In this document: positions 1-9,908 of the stretch, piece after piece
Position numbering within the stretch: position 1 is the first letter of the stretch
How the letters are laid out: each line of letters begins with the position of its first letter
Assembly: GCA_963778655.1 (NCBI GenBank)
Contig: CAVZVA010000005.1
Coordinates: 416,001 to 480,000, forward strand
Origin: an uncultured delta proteobacterium
GTDB lineage: Bacteria > Myxococcota_A > Polyangia > Polyangiales > JAFGIB01
DNA: 64,000 nucleotides
Direction of reading: 5' to 3'
Position numbers and translations under genes: made by a program
The notes under the pieces: model-generated
Database searches by the model: none
Told to the model about the DNA's origin: nothing
The model's input: only the letters and a program-made list of their open reading frames with translations

Positions 1-835
1 GAAGCAGGACGCGGCCGGCGCGCAGGCGCTGTTCGAGCAGGCGCTCTCGCAAAGCCCCGACGATGCGCGCGCCGCGCTCGACCTCGGCATCGCGTGCGAG
101 ATGCAGAACGACGAGAAGGGCGCGGAGGCAGCGTACCGGCGCGCGGTCAAGGCGCAGCCCGAGCTGGCCGAGGCGCTAAACAACCTCGGGGTGCTGCTGC
201 GCGCCAAGGGTGAGCTCGACGAGGCGCTGGAGCTGCTGCAGCGCGCGACCAAGGCCGATCCGCACTCGGCTTCGGCGCAGGCGAATCTGGGGCTGGCGCT
301 GGAGGATCACGGCGACGCGGCCGGTGCCGAGGCGGCCTACCGCGCGGCGCTCGAGCTGGAGCCGGGCGCCACCATGACGCGGGTGAACCTCGGGCTGCTG
401 CTGGTGAACAAGGGCGATGCGGCCGGAGCCAAGGAGCAGTTGGGCAAGGCGTTGCAGGATGCCAAGGGCGACCGCGCGGCGCTGGTCGCGATCGGCAACG
501 GGCTGCGGCGTGCGGGTGACGCGCAGGGCGCGCTGCAGGCGATGCAGGCCGCGGTGGAGGGCGACAGCGCGCCGACGCCCGCGGTGCTCGCCGAGCTGGC
601 GCTGGCGCAGCACGCCGCGGGCGATCGCGACGCCGCCATCGCCACGCTCGAGCGCGCGCTCAAGATCGACGCGCGCTACGCGATCGCGCACTACCTGCTG
701 GGCGGCATGCTGGCGGCCGAGCACCACCTGGACGAGGCCAAGAAGCACTACGAGCGCTACCTGGCGCTCGAGCCCAACGGCAAGCAGGCGTCGCAGGCCC
801 GCGAGCGGCTCAAGCTGCTCAAGAAGGCACGCTAG
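1..835 (+). CDS. Tetratricopeptide-repeat protein (5' partial, runs off window)
   Basis: Frame open from base 2; successive TPR units (ALNNLGVLL, AQANLGLAL, AHYLLGGML, YERYLALEP); TAG at 833-835. Confidence 0.9.
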   Translation, partial: KQDAAGAQALFEQALSQSPDDARAALDLGIACEMQNDEKGAEAAYRRAVKAQPELAEALNNLGVLLRAKGELDEALELLQRATKADPHSASAQANLGLALEDHGDAAGAEAAYRAALELEPGATMTRVNLGLLLVNKGDAAGAKEQLGKALQDAKGDRAALVAIGNGLRRAGDAQGALQAMQAAVEGDSAPTPAVLAELALAQHAAGDRDAAIATLERALKIDARYAIAHYLLGGMLAAEHHLDEAKKHYERYLALEPNGKQASQARERLKLLKKAR

Positions 836-997
836 TGCAGCGTCCGCGAGATGGGATCAAGGGATCGTGAGTGAGGTGGGTCCGAGCGCAAGGCGCCGCA
901 GCACAGGAATACTCCGTGTATTTCAAGCTGTGGCAACGCCGCGATCGGGCCCGCATCGCTCGCGAGGATTCGTTCTATCTCGCGGACGCTGCACTAG
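832..997. mobile_element. MITE-like long hairpin element A (166 bp)
   Basis: Perfect 21-bp terminal inverted repeat ctagtgcagcgtccgcgagat / atctcgcggacgctgcactag, CTAG at both ends, internal arms also complementary; no transposase. Confidence 0.75.
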
Positions 998-1164
998 AGC
1001 ACCGAACCTATTGAAACACGCACGATTTCGGGGCCCTCGCGGGCGCATGGCACGCGCGCTCCCCGCTCGACGTAGGATGGACTACGCCTTCGGGCTCCCG
1101 CCCGCACCCTGCGTCCCGCCATGACCCCGACTTCGCACACGTTTCAATATATTCGGTGCTCTGG
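994..1164. mobile_element. MITE-like element B, copy 1 (171 bp)
   Basis: Imperfect TIR agagcaccgaacctattgaaac / gtttcaatatattcggtgctct; near-identical copy at 54654-54824. Confidence 0.85.
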
Positions 1165-1293
1165 GACGCGAACCCCGCCGCGGCATCATCTGCCGGCGAT
1201 TCACGCGAATCGCGTTCTGCCTGCCGCATCGCCTCGGCGACCCCGGCGAGAGGCGATTTGCCAATTGCACCCTGGTTTGGTGCGCGGCGCAGG

Positions 1294-2820
1294 ATGGCCG
1301 CAGCGAGGTCGATGATGGTTTGGCCTGCCGCGCGCCGGACGGCGCTCGTGTCCGTGCTCGGTGCCCTGGCCTTCTCGTGCACGGGCGGCGACGGCGCTGC
1401 ACCCCACGAGCCGGTGGTATCCGCTCCGGGCGTGGGCGGTAGCGGCGTGTTGCCTGGTGGCGCTGGTGGATCCCTCGGCAGCGGTGGCTCCGCGGGTGCC
1501 GTCGCCAGCGGCAGCGGAGGCGGTCCCGGCACCGGCACCGGAGTCGCCGGCCCGCCGCTGATCGACGCGGGCGGCGGGACCGGGGGCGGTGCGCCGGACG
1601 CGAGCGTCGCGGACGCCGCGTTGCCCGTCGATCGTTGCGCGGCCGATCGCATCGGAGACCACGAGGTCTCCGACCCGGCCACCGGCAATTCCTACGAGCC
1701 CACGCTGGCCGCGAGCCCCTCGGGCAGCGTGGTCGCGAGCTACTTCACCTATCCGGACGCGCTCGGCAATGCGACCGAGATCGGATACCGCGTGTCGCGC
1801 GACTTCGGCGCGACCTGGGGCGACGTGCAGCGCATCGCCTCGCCGAGAACCCAGCACGCCGCCGATCCCGTGCTGGGGTTCGACGCAGCGGACAACTTCT
1901 ATCTCGGGTTCGTCGCCAACCAGACCAGCGGCGACGGCGATGGATGGATCTATGTGGCCAAGCTGGCCGCGGGGGCGTCGGCGTTCGCGACGCCCGTGCT
2001 CGCGTCGAGCGACGCGACGGCCGAGCGCGACAAGCCCTGGCTGTTCGTCGACAACGCGAACAACGTGTTCGCGGGCCACGTGCTGGGCGCCAACAATCGC
2101 TGGCAGATGCTGCTCGACAAGTCGACCGATGGAGGTGCGTCGTTTACGGAGAGCACGATCATCGGTGGGTTCACCGACGTACAGCTCGGCGCCATGTGCC
2201 AGGACCCCGCGGGCGGTCCCGACGCGCCCCTCTACTTCGTGTACTTCCGCAACGCGGCGGGGTTCACGATCAACGCGCGCCGCTCGACCGATGGGGGCGC
2301 GACCTGGTCCGCGGAGGTTCCCGCCGCCACCCAGGGCGTCTCGTACACGGATCCGACCTGCGTCGCCTCCGGCCAGGACCTGTGGATCGCGTACGGGACC
2401 ACCGCGCTGCCGGACGAGTCCTCGCTCGGCCGCCAGTCGGACGCAGGCGTCAAGGTCGTGCACTCCGGCGACGGCGGGCTCAGCTTCGATGCGCCGGTGA
2501 ACGTCTCGGATGGCATGCCGTCGTATATGCTGCCGCGCATCGCCGCGGGCGGTGATCGGCTCTACATCGGCTACTACCAGGGTCCCTACGGCGTGCCCGG
2601 CGCGCAGCTGAAGCTCGCGAGCTCGAGCGACAACGGCGCCAGCTGGGCGCCCGAGGTGATGGTGAGCCAGGTCGGCACGCTCACCGACCAGCGCCAGTCG
2701 CTCACTTTCATGGGCGACTACTTCGGCCTCGCGGCGCCGGCCGGCTGGATCTTCGCGGGAACCATCGACAACACGACCAATCCCAACACGATTCAGGTGG
2801 TGAGCCGCTGCGCGCGGTGA
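1294..2820 (+). CDS. BNR/Asp-box (sialidase-like beta-propeller) lipoprotein
   Basis: Lipobox-like LAFSC, Gly-rich linker, five Asp boxes (SRDFGATW, STDGGASF, STDGGATW, SGDGGLSF, SSDNGASW). Confidence 0.8.
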   Translation: MAAARSMMVWPAARRTALVSVLGALAFSCTGGDGAAPHEPVVSAPGVGGSGVLPGGAGGSLGSGGSAGAVASGSGGGPGTGTGVAGPPLIDAGGGTGGGAPDASVADAALPVDRCAADRIGDHEVSDPATGNSYEPTLAASPSGSVVASYFTYPDALGNATEIGYRVSRDFGATWGDVQRIASPRTQHAADPVLGFDAADNFYLGFVANQTSGDGDGWIYVAKLAAGASAFATPVLASSDATAERDKPWLFVDNANNVFAGHVLGANNRWQMLLDKSTDGGASFTESTIIGGFTDVQLGAMCQDPAGGPDAPLYFVYFRNAAGFTINARRSTDGGATWSAEVPAATQGVSYTDPTCVASGQDLWIAYGTTALPDESSLGRQSDAGVKVVHSGDGGLSFDAPVNVSDGMPSYMLPRIAAGGDRLYIGYYQGPYGVPGAQLKLASSSDNGASWAPEVMVSQVGTLTDQRQSLTFMGDYFGLAAPAGWIFAGTIDNTTNPNTIQVVSRCAR

Positions 2821-2930
2821 GGCCGGGCGCGGCACAACTCGAACGCACGCGCACGCGCAGTGGCGCTAAGGACCGCAATTTGCGTGCGACAGACCGAGCC
2901 GACTGGAGCGGTTGCGCTATCCTGTCCGGC

Positions 2931-3548
2931 ATGGACGAAGCTTTCTGGGACCAGCGCTACCGTTCTGCCGCGAGTGTGTGGAGCGGGAAGCCCAACCCTC
3001 AGCTCGTTGCCGAGGTTGCCGACGCGTCGCCCGGTTCGGCGCTCGACGCCGGTGCCGGCGAAGGGGCCGATGCCGTGTGGCTCGCGGAGCAGGGTTGGCA
3101 GGTGACGGCGGTCGACTTCTCCCGCGTCGCGCTGCAGCGAGGCCATAGCCACGCGGCCGCCCGAGGCGCAGAGGTCGCGCAGAAGATCGTCTGGCTCCAC
3201 GAGGATCTGACGCAATGGCAGCCACCCGTTGCGAGCTACGATCTCGTCTCGGTTCAGTTCCTGCATCTGCCACCAGCGCAGCGGCGTCCGATCTATCGAC
3301 GTCTGGCCGACGCGGTGAGACCGGGAGGCCTACTGTTGATCGTTGGCCATCACCCGTCGGACCTGGAGACGACGGCGAGGCGCCCGTCCGATCGCGACCT
3401 GCTGTTCACCGCGGACGAGCTGGCGCGCGAGCTAGGAGGGGAGTGGACCGTGTTGGTTCGAGATGCCAGACCCCGAGCCGCCAGCGACCCGAACGGGGCA
3501 CCGATCACGATTCACGACAGTGTGATATTGGCCCGACGAACCGGCTGA
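2931..3548 (+). CDS. Class I SAM-dependent methyltransferase
   Basis: FWDQRY start, ALDAGAGEG motif I, VTAVDFS. Confidence 0.9.
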   Translation: MDEAFWDQRYRSAASVWSGKPNPQLVAEVADASPGSALDAGAGEGADAVWLAEQGWQVTAVDFSRVALQRGHSHAAARGAEVAQKIVWLHEDLTQWQPPVASYDLVSVQFLHLPPAQRRPIYRRLADAVRPGGLLLIVGHHPSDLETTARRPSDRDLLFTADELARELGGEWTVLVRDARPRAASDPNGAPITIHDSVILARRTG

Positions 3549-3715
3549 CGGCGCTATGCGAGAGTCGGCAGACCGCTGGCACGTCACGTCGAGGGCTGGT
3601 GGCCGACGACGGGTATCGGCTCAAGACCGAAGCTGTCTTGGCCGCCAGAGACGGGTTCCAACCGCCATGAGTGGACAAGGGCGAGCGAGCCGGCACGGTT
3701 ACGCGGCACACGGGT

Positions 3716-4306
3716 TCAACCCTGACCGCGCGGGCCGCCGACCAGGAAGATCTCGAAGCTTTCGCTGCGCGAGGCGTCGGGCTTGACCAGGCGTGCCTGC
3801 CCCAACAAGCGCGTGGTGGCAGCGCGGGCCTGCTCGAGCTCGGGGCCTTGGAAGATCTTGCCGATGAAGTGGCCGCCCGGCGTGAGCAGGGCGTCCGCGA
3901 CGCGCAGTGCTTGCATGTAGAGCTCGAAGCTGAGGTATTGATCGCGGTGGCGCTGGCCGCTGGTGTGGGGCGCCATGTCGCTCAGCACGAGATCGAAAAG
4001 CCCGGTCTCCTGCAGCGTGTCGGGGCTCAGCGCTTCGACCTCGAGCTGCACGAAGCGCACCTGTGGGGGGGCGGCGACCGTGATCGCTTGGCGATCGACG
4101 CCCACCACACGCCCGCGCGGCCCGACGCGCTCGGCCGCGTACAAGCTCCACGAGCCCGGCGCGGCCCCCAAGTCGAGCACGCGCTGTCCGCTGCGAAACA
4201 AGCGGAAGCGCTTATCGATCTGCTGCAGCTTGAAGACCGAGCGCGCGGGGTAGCCCTCCTTGCGCGCGCGCTCGCCGTAATGATCCTGCGGCCGGCGGCG
4301 CGGCAC
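3716..4306 (-). CDS. rlmE: 23S rRNA Um2552 methyltransferase RlmE/FtsJ
   Basis: GYPARSVFKL, VLDLGAAPGSWS, VLSDMAP, KPDASRSESFE motifs; GTG start estimated. Confidence 0.92.
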   Translation of the reverse strand: MPRRRPQDHYGERARKEGYPARSVFKLQQIDKRFRLFRSGQRVLDLGAAPGSWSLYAAERVGPRGRVVGVDRQAITVAAPPQVRFVQLEVEALSPDTLQETGLFDLVLSDMAPHTSGQRHRDQYLSFELYMQALRVADALLTPGGHFIGKIFQGPELEQARAATTRLLGQARLVKPDASRSESFEIFLVGGPRGQG

Positions 4307-4340
4307 TACGCACCTCGGCCGGTGGGTCGGACCCTTGCGG

Positions 4341-5006
4341 TCACGCAGCCGGCTTGCGTGCCTTGACCGCGCCGCGCACGGTGACCAGGCCATTGCGTGC
4401 GCCGGGCACTGCGCCTTCGATCAACAGGATCTGCTCGTCGTCGAGGATCTTCGCGATCGGCAGGTTCAGCACCGTGATCTTTTCGTTGCCGTACTGGCCC
4501 GCCATCTTGAGGTTGGGCAGAGTGCGTCCTGGCGTCATGTTGGTGCCGATCGAGCCGCCGTGGCGGCGATACTCGTGGGTGCCGTGGCCGTCGGTGCCCG
4601 CGCCCTTGAAGTTCCAGCGCCGCATCACGCCGGTATAGCCGCGGCCGCGGGTAGTGCCCGAGACGTCCACCTTCTGGCCCACCTGGAAGTGCTCGGAGGG
4701 CTTGATGCTCTGGCCGACCTCGAACTTCGCCAGCGCATCGGCGGGCAGGCGTACCTCGCGCACCGCCTGCGCGGGCTTACGCTCGAGCTTCTTGTAGACA
4801 GCGAGCTGGGCCTTGGCCACGTGCTTCTCGCTCTTCTCGCCAAAGCCGAGGATCAGCGCGGAGTAGCCGTCCTTCTCTTGGGTGCGCTTGCCCAGCACGG
4901 TGCACGGTCCGACCTGGATCGCAGTCACCCGGCACACGCTGCCGCTTTCGGTGAAGAACTGGGTGTTTCCGAGCTTTTTGCCGATCAGGCCGAAGTTCGT
5001 ATTCAT
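4341..5006 (-). CDS. rplC: 50S ribosomal protein L3
   Basis: GLIGKKLG, DGYSAL, VDVSGTTRGRG, GSIG...TPGR, KMAGQYG, LLIEGAVPG. Confidence 0.95.
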   Translation of the reverse strand: MNTNFGLIGKKLGNTQFFTESGSVCRVTAIQVGPCTVLGKRTQEKDGYSALILGFGEKSEKHVAKAQLAVYKKLERKPAQAVREVRLPADALAKFEVGQSIKPSEHFQVGQKVDVSGTTRGRGYTGVMRRWNFKGAGTDGHGTHEYRRHGGSIGTNMTPGRTLPNLKMAGQYGNEKITVLNLPIAKILDDEQILLIEGAVPGARNGLVTVRGAVKARKPAA

Positions 5007-5168
5007 GGTGCAACCCTGGGCGAAACGGGCGCAAAGGATACGACCGAAGGCCGCCGCGTCAAGCACTTGGGCGGCTTGAGGGGGTGGAAACCGGAAAACT
5101 GGGAGGGACGGGCGGGGCGAAGGCGGCGAAGACGACCGGCCGCGACCACGACTGGAACGGGGCCGGGG

Positions 5169-6221
5169 TCAGGGATCGGTGAGGGCTTGTTGGGCTAGGG
5201 TGCCGGTGGGGTCGGGGTGCTGGGCGAGGCGGTGTAGGGCGCGGCGTGCTTCGGGGCTATGGGGGAGCAGGGCGGCCAGCGCCGTGACCAGGGTCTCGGG
5301 ATCGGTGCCGCGCAGCCTTCGCGAGAGGCGCTCGAGCTCGCCTGCCAGCTCGAGCGCGCCGAGCTCACCGACCACTTGCACCGCGTAGCTACGCCCGTCG
5401 CTTCGAAATGCGCGCAGCACCTGGCGCAGCACCGGCGAGCCGCGCGCATCGCCGAGTCGCAGCAGCGCGCGCGCCGCGGCCACTTTCAGCGCCAGCGGTT
5501 TGAGCGCGCTCTGCGCGATCGCGGCGACCGCCTCGCGCAGCTCGCGCAGGCCGAGCGCGCCCACCGCGTCGAGCGCGTCCAGCACCAGCTCGCGGTCCTG
5601 CAGTGCGTCGCCGATCGCCTGCGCGCCCGAGGCGTCGCCGCGCTGGGCCAGCGCCAGTGCGGCTTCGCGGCCCACGCCTGGGTCGGGGTCCGCGAGCGCT
5701 GCGTGCAGCTCGGCTGCGCCCAGCGACTCGAAGCGCGCCAGGCTGCGCGCCGCGTGTGCGCGCACCTTCGGGTCGGGGTCCGCGAGCAGCGGCAGCAGGG
5801 CTTCGGCCTCACCGGCGTCGCAGCGCTCGGCAAAGCTCGCCGCCGCTTGAAAGCGCACTTCCGGATGTACGCTGCGCAGCGAGCGCCGCAGCGCTGCGAG
5901 CGCGCGTGCACCCGGCAGCGCGTCGATCGCGATCACGGCCAGCTCGCGCACCAGCGCGTCCGGGTCGGCGAGCCGGTCGAGCAGGCAATCCATGGCTTGC
6001 TCGTCGCCGAGCTCGCGCAAGCCGCGCAGCGCACCGGCGCGCACGCGCGTGTCGGCGTCCTCGGCCAGCTTGAGCAAGCCTTGCAAGGCGTCGGTCGCGC
6101 CTCCGGGTTCGGGCGCAGCCAGGCGGTCGGCCGCGGCCATGCGCGCCTCGGCGCTGTGCGCGTGCACGTCGCGCAAGGCGGCCTCGAAGGTCGGCGGCAA
6201 CGGCGGCAGCAGCCACGACAT
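5169..6221 (-). CDS. HEAT-repeat protein
   Basis: Repeated LADPDxxVR..AA units. Confidence 0.8.
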   Translation of the reverse strand: MSWLLPPLPPTFEAALRDVHAHSAEARMAAADRLAAPEPGGATDALQGLLKLAEDADTRVRAGALRGLRELGDEQAMDCLLDRLADPDALVRELAVIAIDALPGARALAALRRSLRSVHPEVRFQAAASFAERCDAGEAEALLPLLADPDPKVRAHAARSLARFESLGAAELHAALADPDPGVGREAALALAQRGDASGAQAIGDALQDRELVLDALDAVGALGLRELREAVAAIAQSALKPLALKVAAARALLRLGDARGSPVLRQVLRAFRSDGRSYAVQVVGELGALELAGELERLSRRLRGTDPETLVTALAALLPHSPEARRALHRLAQHPDPTGTLAQQALTDP

Positions 6222-6278
6222 GGCTCAGCCTCCCCGCGACCGCGGGCGCGCGGTCGCCATGAGTGTGGCTGCCGGCAT

Positions 6279-7277
6279 TCAGCCCACCGCCAGCGAAAAC
6301 AGCAAGCCCTCGCAGGCGATGCCGGGATTGGCGTTGCGCGCGAGGTCTTCGCCCAGCTGCTGGATGCGCGCCACGCGTGCCGCGGCGGTGGCCGGGGGCA
6401 GGCGCGCGGCGCGCGCCTCGATCAGATCGGCGCGGTGGCCGAAGGCCAGCTCCGCGGGCGGCGCGCCCAGCGCGCAGGCGGCCACGTCGCGGTAGAACAC
6501 GGCCAGCGATTCCAGCAGCAGCTCGCGCTCCTGGCCGCCGGCGAGCTGGTCGGCGAGCTCGAGCAGCGTGGCCGGGTCGGGTTGGGCCAGGGCTTCGTCG
6601 ACGCGCAGCGCCTGCTCGAGCACCAGCTGCGCGCGCTCGCCCTCGCACAACGCGAGCGCGCGATCGGCGCGTCCCGAGGCCAGCGCCACCGCCGGCCGGC
6701 GCACGGCCTCGGAGACGCCCCGGCGCTCGAGGATGCGCTCCAGCGCGGGCGCCGGCAGGCGCGCGAAGCGCACGCGCTGGCAGCGCGAGCGGATCGTCGG
6801 CAGCAGGCGGTCGGGCCGCTCGCTCAGCAACACGAAGTGAACCCGCGCGCGCGGCTCCTCCAGCGTCTTGAGCAGCGCGTTGGCGGCTTCTGGATGCTGC
6901 AGCGGAAAGGACACGTCGGCCTGAGGAAAGATCAAGAACGCGGCCGCGCTCTCGAAGGGTGCGAACTTGGCGAACGGCAGGATGTCGCCACGCAGCTGCT
7001 CGACCTGCAGGTTGCGGTTGCCCTCGTCGCGCGGCTCGAACACGCGCACGTCAGGGTGCTTGCCCTGATCCACGCGCCGGCAGGTCTCGCACGCGTCACA
7101 GCCTTCGCCCGGCCTCTCCGGGCACAGCGCGGCCCGCGCCAGCGCCAGCGCGGTCAGCTGTTTGCCCACGCCCGACGGTCCGGCGAACAGGTAGGCCTGC
7201 CCCAGCCTGCTTTCGCGCAGCGCATGCTGGAGCTGCCGCAGCACCGGCTCCTGCGCCTCGATCGCCGCAAAGCTCAT
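6279..7277 (-). CDS. holB: DNA polymerase III subunit delta'
   Basis: AYLFAGPSGVGK, CxxCxxC, HPDV, AANALLKTLEEP, LLPTIRSRC. Confidence 0.92.
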   Translation of the reverse strand: MSFAAIEAQEPVLRQLQHALRESRLGQAYLFAGPSGVGKQLTALALARAALCPERPGEGCDACETCRRVDQGKHPDVRVFEPRDEGNRNLQVEQLRGDILPFAKFAPFESAAAFLIFPQADVSFPLQHPEAANALLKTLEEPRARVHFVLLSERPDRLLPTIRSRCQRVRFARLPAPALERILERRGVSEAVRRPAVALASGRADRALALCEGERAQLVLEQALRVDEALAQPDPATLLELADQLAGGQERELLLESLAVFYRDVAACALGAPPAELAFGHRADLIEARAARLPPATAAARVARIQQLGEDLARNANPGIACEGLLFSLAVG

Positions 7278-7310
7278 CGCGGCGTTGTAGCACGAGTCGG
7301 GCAGGGGCTC

Positions 7311-7443
7311 AGGGGCGGGAGGGGCGCGAGCCCCGACGCACTGCGTTGTGCGAAGACGAGCGAGCGCAGCGAGCCACGCGGGAGGGTGGGGCCCCAACGG
7401 CTTTGCCGGTGGGGCGGGAGGGGCGCGAGCCCCTCCCGGTCAC
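7311..7443. repeat. REP-like family B element (gagcg(a/c)agcga plus gggagggg-cgcgag-cccctccc hairpin)
   Basis: ggggcgggaggggcgcgagcccc occurs twice here; related copies at 20449-20510, 30283-30340 (reverse) and partly 36070-36106. Confidence 0.65.
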
Positions 7444-8036
7444 CCAGGCTCGAACAGCGCCTGCGCCAGTGTCTCGAGGGCTTGCAGCACGAAGGCCTCG
7501 TCGATCGCTTCGGGGTCCACGATGTTCTGCAGCAGCAGGCCGTCGAGCATGGCGTGCAGCAGTCGTGGAACCTTGGCCGGATCCACCTTGGCCTTGAGCC
7601 CTAACGCATCCAGATGCTCGCGCAGGTGCGCTTCGACCTGCGCGGAGGCGAATCGGTAGTACTCCGCGAGCGGCGGCCGCAGGCTGTGATCGTGCAGGCT
7701 CTGTGCCAGCAAATCGGCGACGACCTTGGCCTCGTCGGAGAGCTCGGCGCGCGCGCGCCACAGCTCGCGCAGCGACGAGCGCAGCGCGTCGATCGGATTG
7801 TCGCCGGCGGTCCACGCCTGGCGCGTGCGCGTGGCCACCATGTCGCAGGCGGTCTGCAGCACCTGGGCCATCAGCGCTTCCTTGGTTGGGAAGTGGTAGT
7901 GCACCGCGCCCTTGGACATGCCGACCTCGCTGGCGATGTCCATCAGGCTGGTGCGCGCATAGCCCTGGCGGGCGAGCACGCGCATCGCCGCGTCCACGAT
8001 GCTGGCGATGCTGATCTTGGATTTCTTGTACCCCAT
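7440..8036 (-). CDS. TetR/AcrR family transcriptional regulator
   Basis: GYARTSLMDIASEVGMSKGAVHYHFPTKEAL HTH. Confidence 0.92.
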   Translation of the reverse strand: MGYKKSKISIASIVDAAMRVLARQGYARTSLMDIASEVGMSKGAVHYHFPTKEALMAQVLQTACDMVATRTRQAWTAGDNPIDALRSSLRELWRARAELSDEAKVVADLLAQSLHDHSLRPPLAEYYRFASAQVEAHLREHLDALGLKAKVDPAKVPRLLHAMLDGLLLQNIVDPEAIDEAFVLQALETLAQALFEPG

Positions 8037-8177
8037 GCTAGCTTCCTACCCGCGCGTCGCGGCCGAGGATCGAGCGTTGCGGCCCGTCGAGCGGGAGCCG
8101 GAACAGCGGCTGCGGCTCACGGGCGTACAGGGCGAGCCAGCCCCGATTCGCGAAGCTCGACCGCAGAGAACCGACGC

Positions 8178-8969
8178 ATGCCCGGGCCACAAGACGGACG
8201 CACCCTACCACGGCTGGTGCAGATCATGCAGCGGCTGCTGGCCCCCGAGGGCTGCCCCTGGGATCGCGAGCAGAGCCTGCAGAGCCTGCGCCCGTACGTG
8301 ATCGAGGAGGCTTACGAGGTGGTGGACGCGATCGATCACGGCTCGGCCGAGGAGCTGCGCGAGGAGCTCGGCGATCTGCTGCTGCAGATCGTGTTTCAGG
8401 CCGAGCTGGCGCGGGCACAGGGCTGGTTCGGGCCCGACGACGTGATCACGGCGATCTGCGACAAGCTGGTGCGGCGCCACCCGCACGTGTTCGGCGATGT
8501 CCGCGTGTCGGGCGCCGACGAGGTGGTGGTCAACTGGGAGGCGATCAAAGCCAAGGAGAAGCAGGGGCGGGGCGCGCTGCAGGGCGTTCCGGTCGCGTTG
8601 CCGGGGCTGCTGCGCGCGCTGCGCATGGGCGAGAAGGCCGCGCGCGTGGGCTTCGACTGGCCCGATGGCCAGGGCGCGCGCGACAAGATCGCCGAGGAGC
8701 TGGACGAGCTCGACCGCGCCGTGCGCAGCGCCGATGTAGAGGCGAGTCAGGCCGAGCTCGGCGATCTGCTGTTCGCGATCGTGAACTACGCGCGCAAGCT
8801 CAAGCTCGATCCGGAGGCCGCGCTGCGCGGCACGCTCGAGCGCTTTGCGCAGCGGGTGCGCGCGGTCGAGCAGGCCGCGGCCGCGCAGGGGCGCGAGCTC
8901 GACGCGATGAGCGCCGCCGAGCTGGACGCGCTGTGGCGCGAGGCCAAGGCGGCCGAGCCGGGCAGGTGA
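8178..8969 (+). CDS. mazG: Nucleoside triphosphate pyrophosphohydrolase MazG
   Basis: GCPWDREQ, EEAYEV, EELGDLLLQ, KLVRRHPHVF, VGFDW, second ELGDLLF. Confidence 0.95.
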   Translation: MPGPQDGRTLPRLVQIMQRLLAPEGCPWDREQSLQSLRPYVIEEAYEVVDAIDHGSAEELREELGDLLLQIVFQAELARAQGWFGPDDVITAICDKLVRRHPHVFGDVRVSGADEVVVNWEAIKAKEKQGRGALQGVPVALPGLLRALRMGEKAARVGFDWPDGQGARDKIAEELDELDRAVRSADVEASQAELGDLLFAIVNYARKLKLDPEAALRGTLERFAQRVRAVEQAAAAQGRELDAMSAAELDALWREAKAAEPGR

Positions 8970-9156
8970 GCGAGGACCGGCCCCCTGGCGGGGCCGCACC
9001 AGGGCGAAGTCCAGATCCTCCTTAGTTTCCGCTTCCCCGTCTCCCTAGCTTCCCGCCTCCCTGCTTCCTGGACCACGCTTGCCGGTTTTTTGGTGCCCTA
9101 CATTGACGCAGATAGACTCACACCAAGCCTCTTGGGGCAACGCGGAGGAGGGTGTG

Positions 9157-9891
9157 ATGCGAGCGAGTGGTTTGCGCATGATTCTGGTGCTCACGTGCCT
9201 CGCCGCCTCGGCGTGCGGCAAGGGCAAGGGCGAGGATTACGGCGTGCTGGTCGTGCCGTACGAGCTGGGCAATCACCGCCAGTGCGGCGATCTCGGCATC
9301 GTCTCGGTGCGCGCGGAGCTCGACGAGGGCAACCTCAGCCAGGAGGTCGACTGCGGCGCCGGCCAGGTGCGCTTCAACCTGCTGCAGCCGGGCCACTACG
9401 ACGTGGTGGTCTACGGCGTGGACGACAGCGGCGTGCAGGCCATGGACAGCCTGGCCGCGGGGCCCGTGCCGGTGGAGGTGGTGGGCAGCGGCACTACCGT
9501 CGTGGTCGATCCGGCGGTCAAGCTGACCGCGGCGCCGGCCAAGCTGCAGCTGCGCTGGGACCTCGGCTTCGGCAGCTGCGAGAGCTCGTCGATCGACAGC
9601 TTCGCGATCAGCGCGTGGCGCAGCGACGGCAGCGACCTGCTGATGCAGACCAAGGTGCCCTGCAGCACGGTGGGCAAGGGCCGCGAGCAATACCGCCTGG
9701 TGCCGGACATGGAGCGCGCGCTCAGCGGCGACGAGTTGGGCGAGGTCGACGTGCAGGCGCAGGACAGCCACGGCATTCCGATGGGCGAGTCGGTCACCTT
9801 CAACTTCGCGCCCCCCGGCGCGGGCGGAGAGGTCAAGCTCTCGCTCAACTGCATGGATGGCGGCTGCAAAGGCAGCGGCGTGCCTGACTGA
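9157..9891 (+). CDS. Hypothetical lipoprotein
   Basis: GGAGG RBS, signal peptide ending AASAC, GC3-biased codons. Confidence 0.75.
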   Translation: MRASGLRMILVLTCLAASACGKGKGEDYGVLVVPYELGNHRQCGDLGIVSVRAELDEGNLSQEVDCGAGQVRFNLLQPGHYDVVVYGVDDSGVQAMDSLAAGPVPVEVVGSGTTVVVDPAVKLTAAPAKLQLRWDLGFGSCESSSIDSFAISAWRSDGSDLLMQTKVPCSTVGKGREQYRLVPDMERALSGDELGEVDVQAQDSHGIPMGESVTFNFAPPGAGGEVKLSLNCMDGGCKGSGVPD

Positions 9892-9908
9892 GGTGCGCGC
9901 CCGAAGAT

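Noticed and set aside
3590..3670. Possible gene remnant (GLVADDGYRLKTEAVLAAR); similarly 57570-57678
   Set aside because: Too short to support without a search
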